The notes: generated from the letters alone by a model not told the origin. A stretch of DNA of 64,000 bases from Stylophora pistillata (GCF_002571385.2 NW_019218011.1:295977-359976); one strand, 5' to 3'. Shown: positions 37,701-50,546, counted from the first letter of the stretch. Made by a program: numbers and translations.

Positions 37701-38204
37701 ATTATCTGACTACATTATTGACTGCTAGGATTAAATTGGCATTACTGGAAAGTTTTACTGATTTGGTTTAAGATCATTAACAAATTATTTTCGAGTTTCT
37801 GCTAGGCGTGCGAACTGTACTGCTCACTGTGTCTTAATTAGCTATTCACAAAGTACTCTTGTTTACAAACAGTCCCCACGTTTAAACCACCATAACCAAA
37901 TCCGATGAATTAAACTGAAGTGAGAATATAAAATGAGGCTTATTCTTACCTGATCTGTCTTTTTCAAAAGCTTTTTGACATCAGGTTTTTCAAAATATCC
38001 TTTCGAATGCCTGTCCTTTTGAGCATTGTACGGTGGAATGGCTGTCGCCATTTTCGGATTAGCTCGGCCGGAGTCATCTGATAGAGTGCTAACCGCTAGA
38101 GCATCGAGAACAAAACCTTTCTCCTTCTTCAGTTTCTGCTCTTGAGTCAGGGGCGGTGGACCGTACTTTGCAAATCGAGCAAGTTTGTACTGTTGCTGAG
38201 ACAT
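34771..38204 (-). CDS. SPMAP1: SPMAP1/C17orf98 (DUF4542) axonemal microtubule-associated protein
   Basis: Exons 38204-37950, 35724-35625, 34902-34771 splice in frame: EKGFVLDALAVS...PKMATAIPPYNAQKD...LLKKTDQ / ...RNTAGAGHS...VGGH...PLNGFNGCFGFRRNTPSLR...SVF, matching the family motifs; exact C-terminus uncertain. Confidence 0.88.
36860..37340 (-). mobile_element. LINE 3' fragment in SPMAP1 intron 1
   Basis: LSERRKFHRL...YKYSFFPRARRDWNCL, typical of a CR1/L2-type ORF2 end, followed by AATAAA and a short repeat tail on the minus strand. Confidence 0.8.
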
Positions 38205-38245
38205 GTTGAAGTTTACCGCCAATGTGATTCGTTTCTTCCTGCAAT

Positions 38246-38287
38246 GTAACCAAGGAGGCTAGTGGTTGTCAAGTAAAATCACGTGAC
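38246..38287. promoter_or_regulatory. Candidate RFX X-box and E-box in the SPMAP1/MRPL36 divergent region
   Basis: gtaaccaaggaggc (38246-38259, imperfect X-box) about 40 nt upstream of the SPMAP1 ATG; atcacgtgac at 38278-38287. Confidence 0.35.
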
Positions 38288-39431
38288 TTGATCCGAAAAA
38301 TAAAAAGGAAATGAAGCGTTAATCAAAAACAAAAATAATGAATGAAAAGCTTATCATTTCGCGGCAGGTATTAAGAAAACTTTTCCACGATTAGACCATC
38401 ATAATCCCTCGTTAAAGTTTCGTTGCAGTAATTTTTTCTAGACTACTGTGGAATTCGCTTATTCAATATTTGGAATGCAATTTTCATTTCACGGTGTGAA
38501 AATCGTTTTAATCTTATTTGGTGTTGGGCTTATAAGTTTCGATGGTGTTAACCATTTCTGTAATTGTCTTAATCAGATTGTAGTTAAGTCGTGTTATAGA
38601 GAAGAAATCGATTTTTGGAAAGCATCGATTTAAACAGCAACTTCGGAATTTTAGAACCCATCCTTAGAAACTGACATAAAGTTTCGGACGGCTTAGTTTC
38701 AAAGGATCTTACCCTATTTGAACCGCTTTTCCGTCTTTTCTGGCAAAATTATCATTTTGAGATTCGGCCTCCCGTTTGGGATCGACAGGGCCGTCAGTTG
38801 CAGGTGAGCTGGAGTTTGGTTCACTCTCTTCGCCTTGCATTCTGTCCTGAAAATTGACCAACACTGGTTGCAAAGAAAATGCCTGCTTTTGACAGGACTC
38901 CGGTTAAACCAGTAATTATGATTTTGCATGGGCAATTAGCTTAGCTTCGTGACATCACTGAATAATTGGCATATCAACCGTTATGAAATAAATTCTTAAT
39001 TATCGTCAATCGTGTTCATACTTTCAATCTTATCTACTTCATGCACACCCCTCCTCCGCCCCCCTCCGCCTTTTTGTCCAATATTTGTAAGGTAGGAATT
39101 AAAAAACCTTCCCTGGAAGGCGCTTACATATCATCAATATTATTGTCCTTTGAACCCGGGAGGATTGATCTTTCTTCTTAGAAAAAAAATCAAACCAATA
39201 AAATGGAGGTCCTTACATTCGGGAAGCCTTGATGAAATGAATTTAAATCGTCATTGGCCATGAACAATAGAAGATCATATAAGAAATGGTAAAAAAAAAA
39301 AAAATTATTTTCACTATACCGACGTGTATGTTCGCCGTCCTTTTCGTCCAGCTCCAGCGCGGTCAAGAGAACTGAAACTGACTGCCTGGCTGCTAAGTAT
39401 CGAACCGCCATATTGTTACACGAAATTCAGA

Positions 39432-39626
39432 ATGTTTTCTATACCAAGAGGAATTTTAAACAGTTTTCGACAACATGGTCTTGCGTACACCCTGATGGCG
39501 GTTCGAAATTACAAAGTACGTACTGCTTTAAAGCTTATGTGTCCTGGATGTAGGTTCGTCAAGAGAAAAGGAGTTTTAAGAGTCATATGTAAACTGAACA
39601 AGACTCACAAGCAGAAACAAGGTTGA
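39432..39626 (+). CDS. MRPL36: Mitochondrial ribosomal protein L36 (bL36m)
   Basis: [14 protein letters not shown]...RNY presequence-like leader then [37 protein letters not shown] (CxxC...C...H zinc ribbon). Confidence 0.92.
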   Translation: MFSIPRGILNSFRQHGLAYTLMAVRNYKVRTALKLMCPGCRFVKRKGVLRVICKLNKTHKQKQG

Positions 39627-40951
39627 GGAACAAGTATTTTTTTTCAAGTGGCACAATACAGGAAACTTTCTTTAATCTTTAAACCTCGATATTTGCATCC
39701 GCAATTAATCTGGATATTTTCAGAGGTGTATAATCTATGGTCGACCAGCTCTTGATACAACTAGTGGTGAATTTTGAAAGGAATTCGTGATGATATCAAA
39801 GACTCAAGCTCCATTTAACTGCAAACCACGAAGGCTAGACTGCAATCTTCATCTCATCATCAATATAACCAAAGGACCTTTGTTATCATTATTGGTGAAC
39901 GATAATTGACTTTGAGAGGTTGAAGCCACAATTTTTGTCTCACCCAACCCTACAATTACACTCAAAACACTATGAACTCTAAGCAAGACTGAGCTTTTTA
40001 ATACTCGTATTTCGACCAAGCCTGATCACTTTTGTACCGTAGATCTTCCATGTGGATGTCAAATGTTTTATGAAGCATCTATGAAGAATCTATGTGTGTG
40101 TCTGAACAATATATAATTTTTAATAAGTGGCTACACCAAGGCACAGAGAGAGTGTTGGAGACTGTGCTGTACTTCTGTTTACAGTGCACAATTCAACCTT
40201 GCAATATCGACAGAGCTGAATAACATATACGCATGTGTTAGGTTTTGCCACGGAAACATGGACTTTGAGTCGTTCACATGGTTGATTTCCTATTCTGTTG
40301 CTTCGAGGCATCATTTTCCTTGCTGCTTTTCTTTGACAGAACAACCTCCAAAAACTTGGTACACTCCCTAAAAATTTAAAAAAATTAATTTTCTCCTTAA
40401 AATCTCTGGAAATAGGAAAGTGCCTTCGATGAAAACAGAGTTCCTCGGTTTTAAAAGTCAACCCTTATTATTTTCTGCTAATTTCGCTAAATTTTAGACC
40501 CAAGACACGAGCCCATGTTGTTGACCGCATACCCTCTGACATAGCTCTTCATTATTCAGCTCTGTCTGCATTATCTTGTTTATAGTGCAGACAGTGAAAG
40601 GATTAAGGGAGACAATAAGATTTGTGTCATATGTTGAAGAGCTGGAATAGAAAATAACTTAATGTTATGTATCAGAATATGCCTTTTATTTGAAGTAAAT
40701 AATTCCCAAATCAATACTTATTCAATCTGATAACACTTTGTTTTCAGATGAGCCAGGAAAGAAACTGTTTATGGGGAAATTCATGAGTTTTGTGAACAGA
40801 CTGTTAATATACTACAGTAGTACCCTGCTGATTCAAACTATATGTAGATTAACTCAAACTCCCCACTAAAACCTTAATAAGATCAATTTTCCTTGAATTT
40901 GACCCCATTTGTAAGTCATCTACTATCAGCAAAGTGGAACTCAGTTACTTT

Positions 40952-41185
40952 GGGTTTTATCAACTGAGTTGATAATGTGATTTGGCCGTCGTAAAGAGTT
41001 TCAAAGCTGATGTTTTGACATTAGCCCTTCATCAGAGTGAAAGATGAAGGGCTATAATGCTCGTATTGTCAGCTTTGAAACTCTTTACAGTGGCCAAATT
41101 ACATTATCAACTGAGTTAATAAAACCCAAATGACCTTGTTACTCCTGATCCTATCGACGCAGCACCATGCTCAGTTTCTTTAGAA
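40952..41185. mobile_element. Foldback of two degenerate hammerhead-bearing repeat units
   Basis: gggttttatcaactgagttgataatgt...gcccttcatcag / gatgaagggc...acattatcaactgagttaataaaaccc; same family as 49495-49644. Confidence 0.7.
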
Positions 41186-43092
41186 ACTTGCCCCCTTAAT
41201 TCATGTGACTCAGTTGTTTGAACTTGTTAACACTAACTAATATTACTCTCCCTTGGCTCAAATTTAAAGCCCCTCATCCATGTAGTGTTCTCAAACTTTT
41301 CCAAACTCTTAGTGAAGTGTATTTTTTTGCAGATTGCTTAAAAAATTACCTTGTTGCTCCCATCAACACAGCACCACAATTTCTTTAGAAACTTGCCCCC
41401 TTTATTCATGGAACTCAGTAACTTGAATCTGCTAAATCTAACTAATTTTACTCTCCTTTGGCTCTAATTTACCCTGACAACTTGAACTTTTAGGTAAAAT
41501 GTTGATCTATTAACTTCAAAGTGTCAGAACATGGTTGACTGACATTTCCCACCCATTTCCCATTTGTGATTTATATGACTGGAATAACACTTATGAGAAT
41601 GTAATACATTTAGCTTAACCTCCCAAATGAAATATTCTTTTAAAAAAATGTTTATTAAACAAACTAAATGTCTGAAAATGACTTGATTTTATAAGAATGG
41701 TAAAACATGATTCCTTTTTTATTAAAAGAATCGATGAAACTCAACACGACCCCAATAGTATGAACCCCTAATACCACACCATTTTGCATTTCACTTGCAA
41801 ATATTAATTAGCATTTGTTGAATAAATGTAAATAACTGATCTTATGCATTAAACTTACTATAGAAACTCTGATCAGTCGAGAGTATACAGTCAATATGCT
41901 ATGTATGGTTTGTGAAGTTGCCATTATGACCCAGTTTGCCTAGTTTCCAAGCCACTTGTCCCTGTAACATTCTCAAGCTTTTCCAAACTCCAAGTGATTT
42001 TTTGTTTTGTTTTGTTTTGTTTTTTTTGCAGATTGCTTTCAAATGTTTAATAAATCAATAATTGAATTTGGTTTTCACATTATATCATGAATTATCAAAC
42101 TTTGTGGCTGCACTATCTGCCTTTGGCTTTGGCAGATAACTCAAACCTCAACATTGATATTTTTTGATATCATCATCAACCTCATCCAATAACTGCTTAA
42201 AAAGTTAACCAATTATGAATAGAAAATATGATCCAATCTGATTTGTTTTTGGATTGCATGGGTTTCCATACTAAATCTTGTTGACAAAATTGCAATGATA
42301 AATCAAAAAGAAACAAAACAGTGATGGCTTTGCATGACTCCTGTTAAATGAAACTTAAAACTAGAAATACAGTAGGTATAAAGAGAAATTGCAACAAAGG
42401 ATGATGGTTAACTTTTTACACTAAATTACTATCTATTAGTTTATATTGGAGTACAGAACAGCCTTTTCCTCTAAATCACTGTTCACAAGGCATGAAGCAA
42501 AAGCAACTGGTTAGCAGGTCGATCTACCCTCAAATACTGTGGTGGCCTTTATGCAAATTTCATGGATCTCATGATAATATGCATAAATGTAATTATCTTA
42601 AAAAAAAAAACAAACAAAAAAAAACAGACCTCCCAAGGAAGAGGAGGATAACAACTCCTACCTGATAAGTTTGAGTATTCTCATTACCTGTTTGCTGCAT
42701 AATGTATGAATATAGTAGGGAGAAGTTATATGTAGATCACTTCTGGGAGTTGAAGGATTAACAAGCCTGTTACGGGATCACTGTGAGACCCTTTATTGGA
42801 AGAAATTGCACAAGACAAGGCCTTCAATATGAAAGCAACTTTAGAGGCAGGCTAAGTTCACCTCGTTCCGTCAAGGGTCAAAATGCTCAGTGTCAGATTT
42901 TAATAATGTACTATGGTACACTGTTAGACCATGTGTTCTACTTATGTCTCACTTCAATCATTAAAAAAGTTTCTTCAAAACCTTTTTAACTATAGGTTGA
43001 GATAAACTTCTGTAGTGTTGAATTTGAGACTCAGACAGTCTGCAACCTTATAACCATTGATGTGAATTCGTGATGTAAGGAACAGTCAAATT

Positions 43093-44125
43093 TTAATTTG
43101 TTTTCAACTTCAGAGCTGGAACAGTTATCTTTTCCTTCGTAGTGATTGTCATGGCTATGTTGTTTGGGAAATATGCAGCCTCATTAATATTTTATGAAAA
43201 CTGGCCACACCACAGAATTTCCTGTGAAGGAGATGGTCTCACCAGAAAATGACAAAAAGAGTGGGTCACCAGGATACAGTGGTTTCCAGTCATTTCCTTC
43301 CACATTTGGTGATACCATGGCTGAAAGTTCACCTTTTGCATCAGTAGGAAAATGGATGTTGCCCAGTGATCTGAACACTTCAATTTCCTCTTCCTCAAAT
43401 TCGTGGCCATTGTTAAACTTGTCCACCTGGTCAAGTACACCACAAACTATTTTCTTTGCCAAATTGCAAATAGCCGTGTTTAAAGTGCCATGTGCCAATG
43501 GACCCATTTCCAAAGTCATGCCCTCCAAACCTAAATCTGGAACACCTTGAGTGGGAAATTGAGAGGCATTGTTTAGCTCCTCTTTCCTGTTTTCAACTTG
43601 GCCCTCTTTGAAATGGTGCCCTTCAAAATTTCCCTCCTTCAAGAGCATAACGCGTAGCTCTGGGAACTCCATTTGTATTTGTGCTGCAACATGCAACGGA
43701 AATGGCTCCATAGAGCTGTTCATTATAAAAAAGGGCCCCGTATTTGCAGTTGTGTTATGAAGATCAAGCCAGAAATCAACAACCTTTTTTCCGGCCTCAT
43801 TTTGAAATTGTGAATACAGTTCTCGAGCTCTCTGTATTTCATATGGACAACTTTCCACCTCTTTCTCAACAGGAGACGACAGATTTTCTGGTTTAAACTG
43901 TCTGTTGAGATCCACATCAATGAAGCGCACACATTGTTCGATTGCCCTGGGATTCGCTAGTACAGCATGAGTTCGAAAAGAATCTCTTTTAATCTCGATA
44001 GCACTATTCCTCAGCCAGTTTTTCACCAGGTAAACGCCACTGAGTTCATTTCCGTGCGTCCCACCGCTGATACAAAGAGACTTAATTTGATCATGAAATG
44101 CGACGCTTTCATGGCAGGCCTCCAT
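43093..44125 (-). pseudogene. ASPA: Aspartoacylase copy 1, intronless, frameshifted near the C-terminus
   Basis: GGTHGNE, DLNR, DLHN motifs present; a 7-bp insertion (43186-43192) gives VWPVFIKY* and puts NEAAY...LKLKTN* out of frame. Confidence 0.85.
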
Positions 44126-44129
44126 CTTT

Positions 44130-44727
44130 GGGCGACCCTAAAAGCTGGAACGGTGGAATGGAAGAATGGTGGAAAATAGGGGCGACCCTAAAAGTTGGAA
44201 CGGTGGAACGGTGGAATGGTGGAACGGTGGAACGGTGGAACGGTGGAACAGTGGAACGGTGGAATGGCGGAAAATGACTCCAAATCCCAAAACATGGAAT
44301 GGTGGAAAATGGCCCCAAATTCTAAAACACGGAATGGATGTCAGGGCATGTTGCACGAATTTTGTACACAGACACTCAAGCGCTTGGCTCATTCATCTCC
44401 ACGACTATAACGCGCGTGACTAAAATTAAGTTTCATTAAATTTCTTTTCTTTTACTGATTGGTATGAATAATAATGAACCTTTATAAATGAAAGATAGCT
44501 GCGTTTTCGCGTTGTAAACCTGTTTAGTTACTTTTGATATGCTAGTCTCCGAGTCCCCGAGTCCCCGAGTCCCCTAGTCCCCGAGTCTCCGAGTCTCCGA
44601 GTCTCCGAGTCCCCGAGTCCCCGAGTCTCCGAGTCACCGTTTATCCTAGTCTCTAGTCTCCAAGTCCCCGAGTCTCCAAGTCTCCCAGTCTCCCAGTCTC
44701 CACGTCCCCGAGTCCCACGTCCAATTT
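44130..44727. mobile_element. Element with subterminal octamer arrays directly upstream of the ASPA copy 1 ATG
   Basis: (ggaacggt)n at 44149-44270 and (gagtcccc/gagtctcc)n at 44543-44700; ends gggcgaccctaaaagctgg / ccaattttagtcac...cagccc. Confidence 0.55.
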
Positions 44728-45047
44728 TAGTCACAAACTCACAGCCCTTTAGGTTGCTCATTTCTGAAAACTACACTATTTTCATACTAACGGTAAGTGA
44801 GATGCAATGAATATATGAAGTTCATATATTTTTGACAAACGGTAAGGTGCATTGCTTTTTCAATCTATTGTAATGGTCATATGTGGTTCAAAATATTTCA
44901 ATCCCATGCTAGGGATTTATATGATAGAGGGTAGACTTAAGGTAACGCTGTGGCTAAATGACTGGCAGCCGGTCAAGGTTTTTAAATCCCTAAACGGACC
45001 GGCAGTCTTATATTTTGCTCAAATTTAAGGAATCAAAGAAACCCATN

Positions 45048-46790
45048 CGCCCAGTAAAGCATTACCACCCTCTATTGGAGAAGGAAAAGCACCTTGCATC
45101 TGTTGTACGGAAGATCTTACCAAAGCAGATTGCCGACTGTGTTTGCCAGGCTGGCTCACGCCTTGCCCATCTTTATGGACTCCCTAAGACACACAAAGAG
45201 AATCTATCGATGAGACCTATCCTATCTGCCACCGGCACTTACAACTATGCCCTCGCCAAGTGGCTTGATGACAAACTGAAGCCCCTGTCAAGCAATCGCT
45301 ACACAATATCAGATACCTTCTCCTTCGCCGATGAGATTCAAAACCTAGTCATCGACGAGAATGACATTCTGGTATCCTATGACGTCACGTCACTATTCAC
45401 TAATGTGCCGCTTCAAGAAACGATCGAAATCATCGCTGAGAAGGCGTTCGCTGACAACTGGTTTAATACTACACACGACCTCAGCATTACAAAGCCTGAA
45501 CTGGTTCAACTTCTAGAAGTTGCAACTATGAATCAACTATTCCAATTTGATGGCAATCTTTACGAGCAGACCGACGGTGTGGCCATGGGTTCTCCATTGG
45601 GCCCACTTATGGCAAACGCATTTCTCTGTTCTATCGAAGAGAAACTAGATCAAGACAACAAGCTCCCTGAATTTTACAGAAGGTACGTGGATGACACGTT
45701 TGCTATTGTCACAAGTGTACCAGCGGCAGAAGATTTATTATCAACGCTAAATAACTGCCATCCGTCCATACACTTCACCATGGAGCTAGCATCTGGAAAC
45801 AAGTTACCTTTTGTCGGTATGGAAGTGCTCAAGAAAGGCTGTAAACTAGAAACTAGTGTTTATCGGAAACCAACAAACACAGGCCTATTGCTTCATCACC
45901 AGAGCCACGTCGATAAAAGGTACAAGAAATCACTACTTAAGACCATGTTGAATCGTGCATTCCGCCTGTCGTCCACATGGGAGTCCTTCAAATCTGAATG
46001 TGATCATCTAAAGATGATGTTTACAAACCTCAAGTATCCCGACCACCTCATCAATTCCACCATCTCTCACTTTGTCACCTCAGTTAGGTCGGAAAACCCT
46101 GGAGTGCAAGCTCAATTATCCGTCAACGAAAATGCTGTTCACCGAGTGGTTTTGCCTTTTAAAGATCAAAAGTCAGCTGACGCAGTGAAAAGGCAATTAT
46201 CAGATCTAAGCAACAAAATCGATCACACCCTTCATCCCGTGTTCAAGAGTCGCAAAATCTGTGAAGATCTCAGAGTACGTGAGCCTAAACCTCCTATAGT
46301 TAGCCAACAATGCGTTGTATATAATTATAAATGTGATCTGTGTGATGCAGAGTACGTCGGGTACACCAGCCGGCATTTACATCAACGTATTAATGAGCAC
46401 CGTAATTCGGCCATCGGCAAACATCTAAAGAACGACCACGGCCTACAAACCATCGGCGACCTGACCAAGCATTTCAACGTACTTAAAAAGTGCACCGGGA
46501 AACTGGACTGTTTAGTTCATGAAATGCTTTTCATAAAGAAGATGAAGCCCTCTTTGAACAAACAATCGGATTCCATACGCGCGAAACTATTTATTTAATA
46601 GTTTACATTTATGAACTCAACACGCGTAATTATTTATTTAAATTTTTTTAAAAAATTTTTTTTAACTTTTTACGTTTGTCACCTTCGTACGGTATAAATT
46701 AACTATTCACTTTTATTCTCTTCTCACTTAAGAATGATGACATGGAGTCATCGAAACGTGGTGTGTTTTTCTCGCTAATATTTATTCTTA
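45048..46790 (+). mobile_element. Penelope-like retroelement (RT + GIY-YIG endonuclease), ORF open to 46598
   Basis: LYGLPKTHK, SYDVTSLFTNVP, GVAMGSPLGP, RYVDD, VYRKPT; GIY-YIG VVYNYKCDLCDAEYVGYTSRHLHQRINEH; hammerhead-like motif at 46725-46763. Confidence 0.95.
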
Positions 46791-47102
46791 AATGTCTAAC
46801 AAAATCTAATGTCATTTCATTAATAGCATTAAGATTTTAAATCTGCATATAAAATAAATGATAATGATAACAATAAAATGGTTTACAATGTAATATAATT
46901 ATTCTAAAAGTGAGCGAAAGATTAACTTAATAAGTAGAGTCCCAAGTGTCACACAGGTAACAATTTGAACATTTGTTCTCAACTGTAAGACCTGAAAGGT
47001 CCTTCTTTCTGATTCATGTTTTAAAGGCCGATAATGAGGCTAGGGCCGTTTCCTTCTTAGACAGTTTGGACCATAAGAGTGGTCCAACGTATCTAATGGA
47101 GT

Positions 47103-47470
47103 GCCACCCGGTTAGCTCAATTGGTAGAGCGCCGGACTGTTGTGCGGGAGGTCGTGAGTTCAAATCCGGCCGGACCAACACTCAGGGTCTTAAATTAACT
47201 GAGAAGAAAGTGCAGCCTTTGTAATAATATCTGCAAATGGTTAGACTTTCTAGTCTACTCGGATAGGGACGATAATTGGAGGTCCCGTCTCCTGCAGGGT
47301 TGGGGTAGGAGACGTTAATTTCCCACACACGTGATGGATGTCCTCCCTGGGGTGGGATGGGTGGGTAAAAAGGGGGTTAGGTGTCAATTGGAACGAAAGT
47401 TCTGTTCCTTTCTCCTGCCATTCCCGTGGCAAATGAATTAAACTTAAACTAAACTTAAACTTAAACTTAA
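47103..47470 (+). mobile_element. tRNA-derived SINE (probably Meta-domain type)
   Basis: A box tagctcaattgg, B box gttcaaatcc; central gggtcttaaattaactgagaagaaagtgcagcctttg...gcaaatggttagact; (taaact)n tail. Confidence 0.8.
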
Positions 47471-47479
47471 GCTTGCAAT

Positions 47480-49160
47480 TGCCATATTTTACAGTATTGA
47501 ACCTAGGGATGAAGAAGTCTGAATTTCGTAGGTTATAACTAGTCGATGATACGCTGAAAAGATCGATAATATTCGAAGCTGTTAACTTATATTCACTTTA
47601 TACATGAGGATTGCAATGTCCTGCAAGCACTTATTGTATAGACTAGTCATCCGTGCACGTGCTAATAACTCGTCATATGATGATTTTCAATCACAAAATA
47701 CAGCTCGCAAACCCCGTTCATTGACGCTCTCAAGCTTTCTCCGATCTGAGCCTCTGCAAAAGTGCCAAACGAGGCTACAGTATGTCAGAAATGGCAATAT
47801 GGCGGCCTTGTATATTCTTAATTTCGCTTTCATTGAAATCATGTTGCGCATTGTCATTAGGATGCTCACCCGCACCTCAGCTTTCTTGCAAATTGCAGAT
47901 ATATGATTACTAAACAACGAGTTCCTGTCAAACAAAACCCTCAAGAGTTTAAGTTCATCCATTGGCCGCACTATGAAATTGTCAATTTCAACATCCTGCA
48001 TGAGTAGAATCGTTTGAGGCATTGCTTGATATTTTCTTGGGTTACCTGCAGGAAATTCTTTCTGTATCATCTCGACGCTTGTCTTCCATCATTGTTGCAC
48101 TGCATGAAAAAACGGATTTACTTCATATTTGCTGTTGATCACCACTACAGCCTGGATCTTTATGTGCATAGTAGAGTTGATGATCATCTCAATATAATGA
48201 TAAATGACTGTCACGCTGGATTTAAAACAGATCATTCTGATAGACATTCCATAACATGCGCCCTAGTGAGGAACCCTGGAGACATCCCCTCTTTATTTCC
48301 TTCCAATTACTGGTCGCCGTTCCTACGCGTGATCTGTTCTTTCTCCCATCGAAATAGTTTCATCAAAGTTAGAGCACTTTTAGAAAAGCCATAAGCTTTC
48401 AGTTTGGCTATGAGTAATATCGAATGCACGGAGTCAAAGGCTTTGTTCATGTCAGTTGACAAGATGGCTACAGTCTCCCCAATATCTCTCTCGTATTTCC
48501 AGTCCTCTACCAGTCGTATCAAAGTTGTTTCACAACTGTACCGCTTTCGATATCCTGACATTGAGTTGTCAAATATAATTTCAAACTTATCTCTCAATTG
48601 AAAGCAGAGCAATTGTTTAAAGATCTTGTCCACTGCGGGTAGCAAACAAAATTACTGGTCTGTAATTGGCTACGTTTTGAGGGTCCTCTTTCTTGTACAC
48701 TGGTGCCCATTCCCCTCTTTTTCCACTCCATAGGCCATTCGCTCTCCTGAATTACTTAATTAAATATCACCGTTAAGGATTCTGCAATCTCATCTGCTAC
48801 CAACTGAAGCATTCTGGGAGACAACCCATCAAACCCTATTGCTTTATGCGGGTTAATACCCCGAAGGGCATCCAAACTTCCTCTCTACTAATGCTCCTGA
48901 AGTCAAACATACTTGGCATTTGTCTGTGTCTTATTGCACTTACCCCAGGGTGTCTGCAACAATTTTTGTCAGTCAAGCATAACGCCTCCATTCCCCCAAT
49001 ATTGTCTGCGATTGTTGAAAAGTAACGTGTGAATTCCTCTACAACTGTCTGCTTGTTCTGTTGTAGTTGTCCTTGGATGTTTAGAGAAATATTATCCGAA
49101 TTCTTATCCTTAGCACACATTGAGCTGATAAAGGGCATAAAGGTTCAAAAGAATTTCTTA
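47480..49160 (-). mobile_element. Degenerate LINE (CR1/L2-like RT) with frameshifts
   Basis: Collinear fragments EEFTRYFSTIA, GYRKRYSCETTLIRLVEDW...STDMNKAFDSV, RIYKAAILPFLTYCSLVWHFC. Confidence 0.9.
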
Positions 49161-49289
49161 GGATGGTCATGGCTAGTTTATTTTAGTAAATTATATCATC
49201 GTTTCTAAAATTGGTATATTTTGTTAAACCGAAGTAAAGTTTATCAAGTGAAAACCACGTTAATTTTGGAATAAACCTTCTTGTTGCTG

Positions 49290-49899
49290 TTCCGATAACT
49301 CTGCGTTTAGGCTGCAAATCACCTGCCACCAAACATCGAACTCGTAACAGATTCCAAACTCCTCTCTTCGTCTTCTAAGAGTTCTCTCTGAAATTCTCAG
49401 TAATTTAGCAATTTTAGCCCAGCGAAAGTGTTTACTTCGCAAGAATTGCAGTTGATCCTTCATAATTTCAAAAGGAGGACGACCTTTTTCGCCACTCCGA
49501 CGAAGGGCTAACGCTCGAAACGTCAGCTTTTATAATCGTAACAGTGGCCAATTTACCATTTCAACTTTGTTGATATATTCAAATTATTTCGTTACCCCCA
49601 CCGACGCAGCCCCAAACAGTTTCTTCAGAAACTATCAGCCTTTTTTTTTCGCCAGTGCCGGCTCACTGGCATTGGTCTTCATAAGAACAGGCACTCTCTG
49701 TATTTAAACCTTTGAGTCTTGTACAAAGATGTGTTCGTATATCGTCTAGAATACTCATCAGACCAGCAACTGAATTATTTGCAGCACTGTTAGTGGGTAC
49801 ACTCTGATGAAGAACGCTAAACGTTGTACAGATCTCGGTCATTCGATCAACAACGTTTTCTAAGTCGCCCAGGTTTGTATTCTGGGTCTCCAGTCCCAT
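49290..49899 (-). pseudogene. Relic N-terminus of an integrase-core/IS3EU-like DNA transposase
   Basis: After removing 49495-49644 it reads ...QCQ*AGTGEKGRPPFEIMKDQLQFLRSKHFRWAKIAKLLRISERTLRRRREEFGI (GRP motif + HTH); superfamily assignment from memory. Confidence 0.55.
49495..49644 (+). mobile_element. Short hammerhead-headed retroposed insertion with TSD
   Basis: ccgacga a gggc-taac-gctc gaaac gtc agc head; TSD tttttcgcca at 49485-49494 and 49645-49654. Confidence 0.7.
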
Positions 49900-50546
49900 T
49901 GTTGACTGAAGCTAGCAATTTGACCGAGAACCGCTTGAGTATTTTCTAAGAATCTCTCTAGCCATCTCTATGTCGCCTCTTCCTCGACGGTGTAAAGGCA
50001 TATCGCAGCTTTTCCAGATAGTCTTTAGATTCAAAGCTTTAAAATTAGCGCGATACCCTCGCCCAACACGTCTTTGTGTAGCATAAATTTGCATGTTAAT
50101 TAGAAGCGTGTTTTAATTAGCACGAGAAAATTCAACTGAGAATAATTTACATACTAATTAGAACGTATTTTTTGCAATTGCCATGTATTTTCTGACTGAG
50201 AAAAGGATAATTTTTCTTTCTTATGAGCATAGTTTTTTTCAAACGTGGCATGAAAAGAACATTATTACAATACTTTATTTTTTTAATAAAATGTAATAAG
50301 AACATTAGAACATCTAAAACATATTTCAGTAAGAATAATTTTTTTCTGTACTTGGAACTCATTTTCTTTGTAATTAGAATGCAACTGAAGAGTTTAGAAA
50401 CTAAATGCGAAAAAGAGCATAAATATTTCACAAAGTTAGCATCTAATATGTAAACTGAGGACAAAAATCTTCAGTTTAGAACATATTTATGTAATTGGAA
50501 AGAAAAATTGCTAACGGCATTTTAGTCCACTTTGGCGCCTCATACT

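Noticed and set aside
44109-44761. Repetitive ORFs (STVPPFHR, GDSETR)
   Set aside because: Translations of octamer arrays
47103-47176. tRNA gene
   Set aside because: No proper acceptor stem; continues into a SINE body and tail
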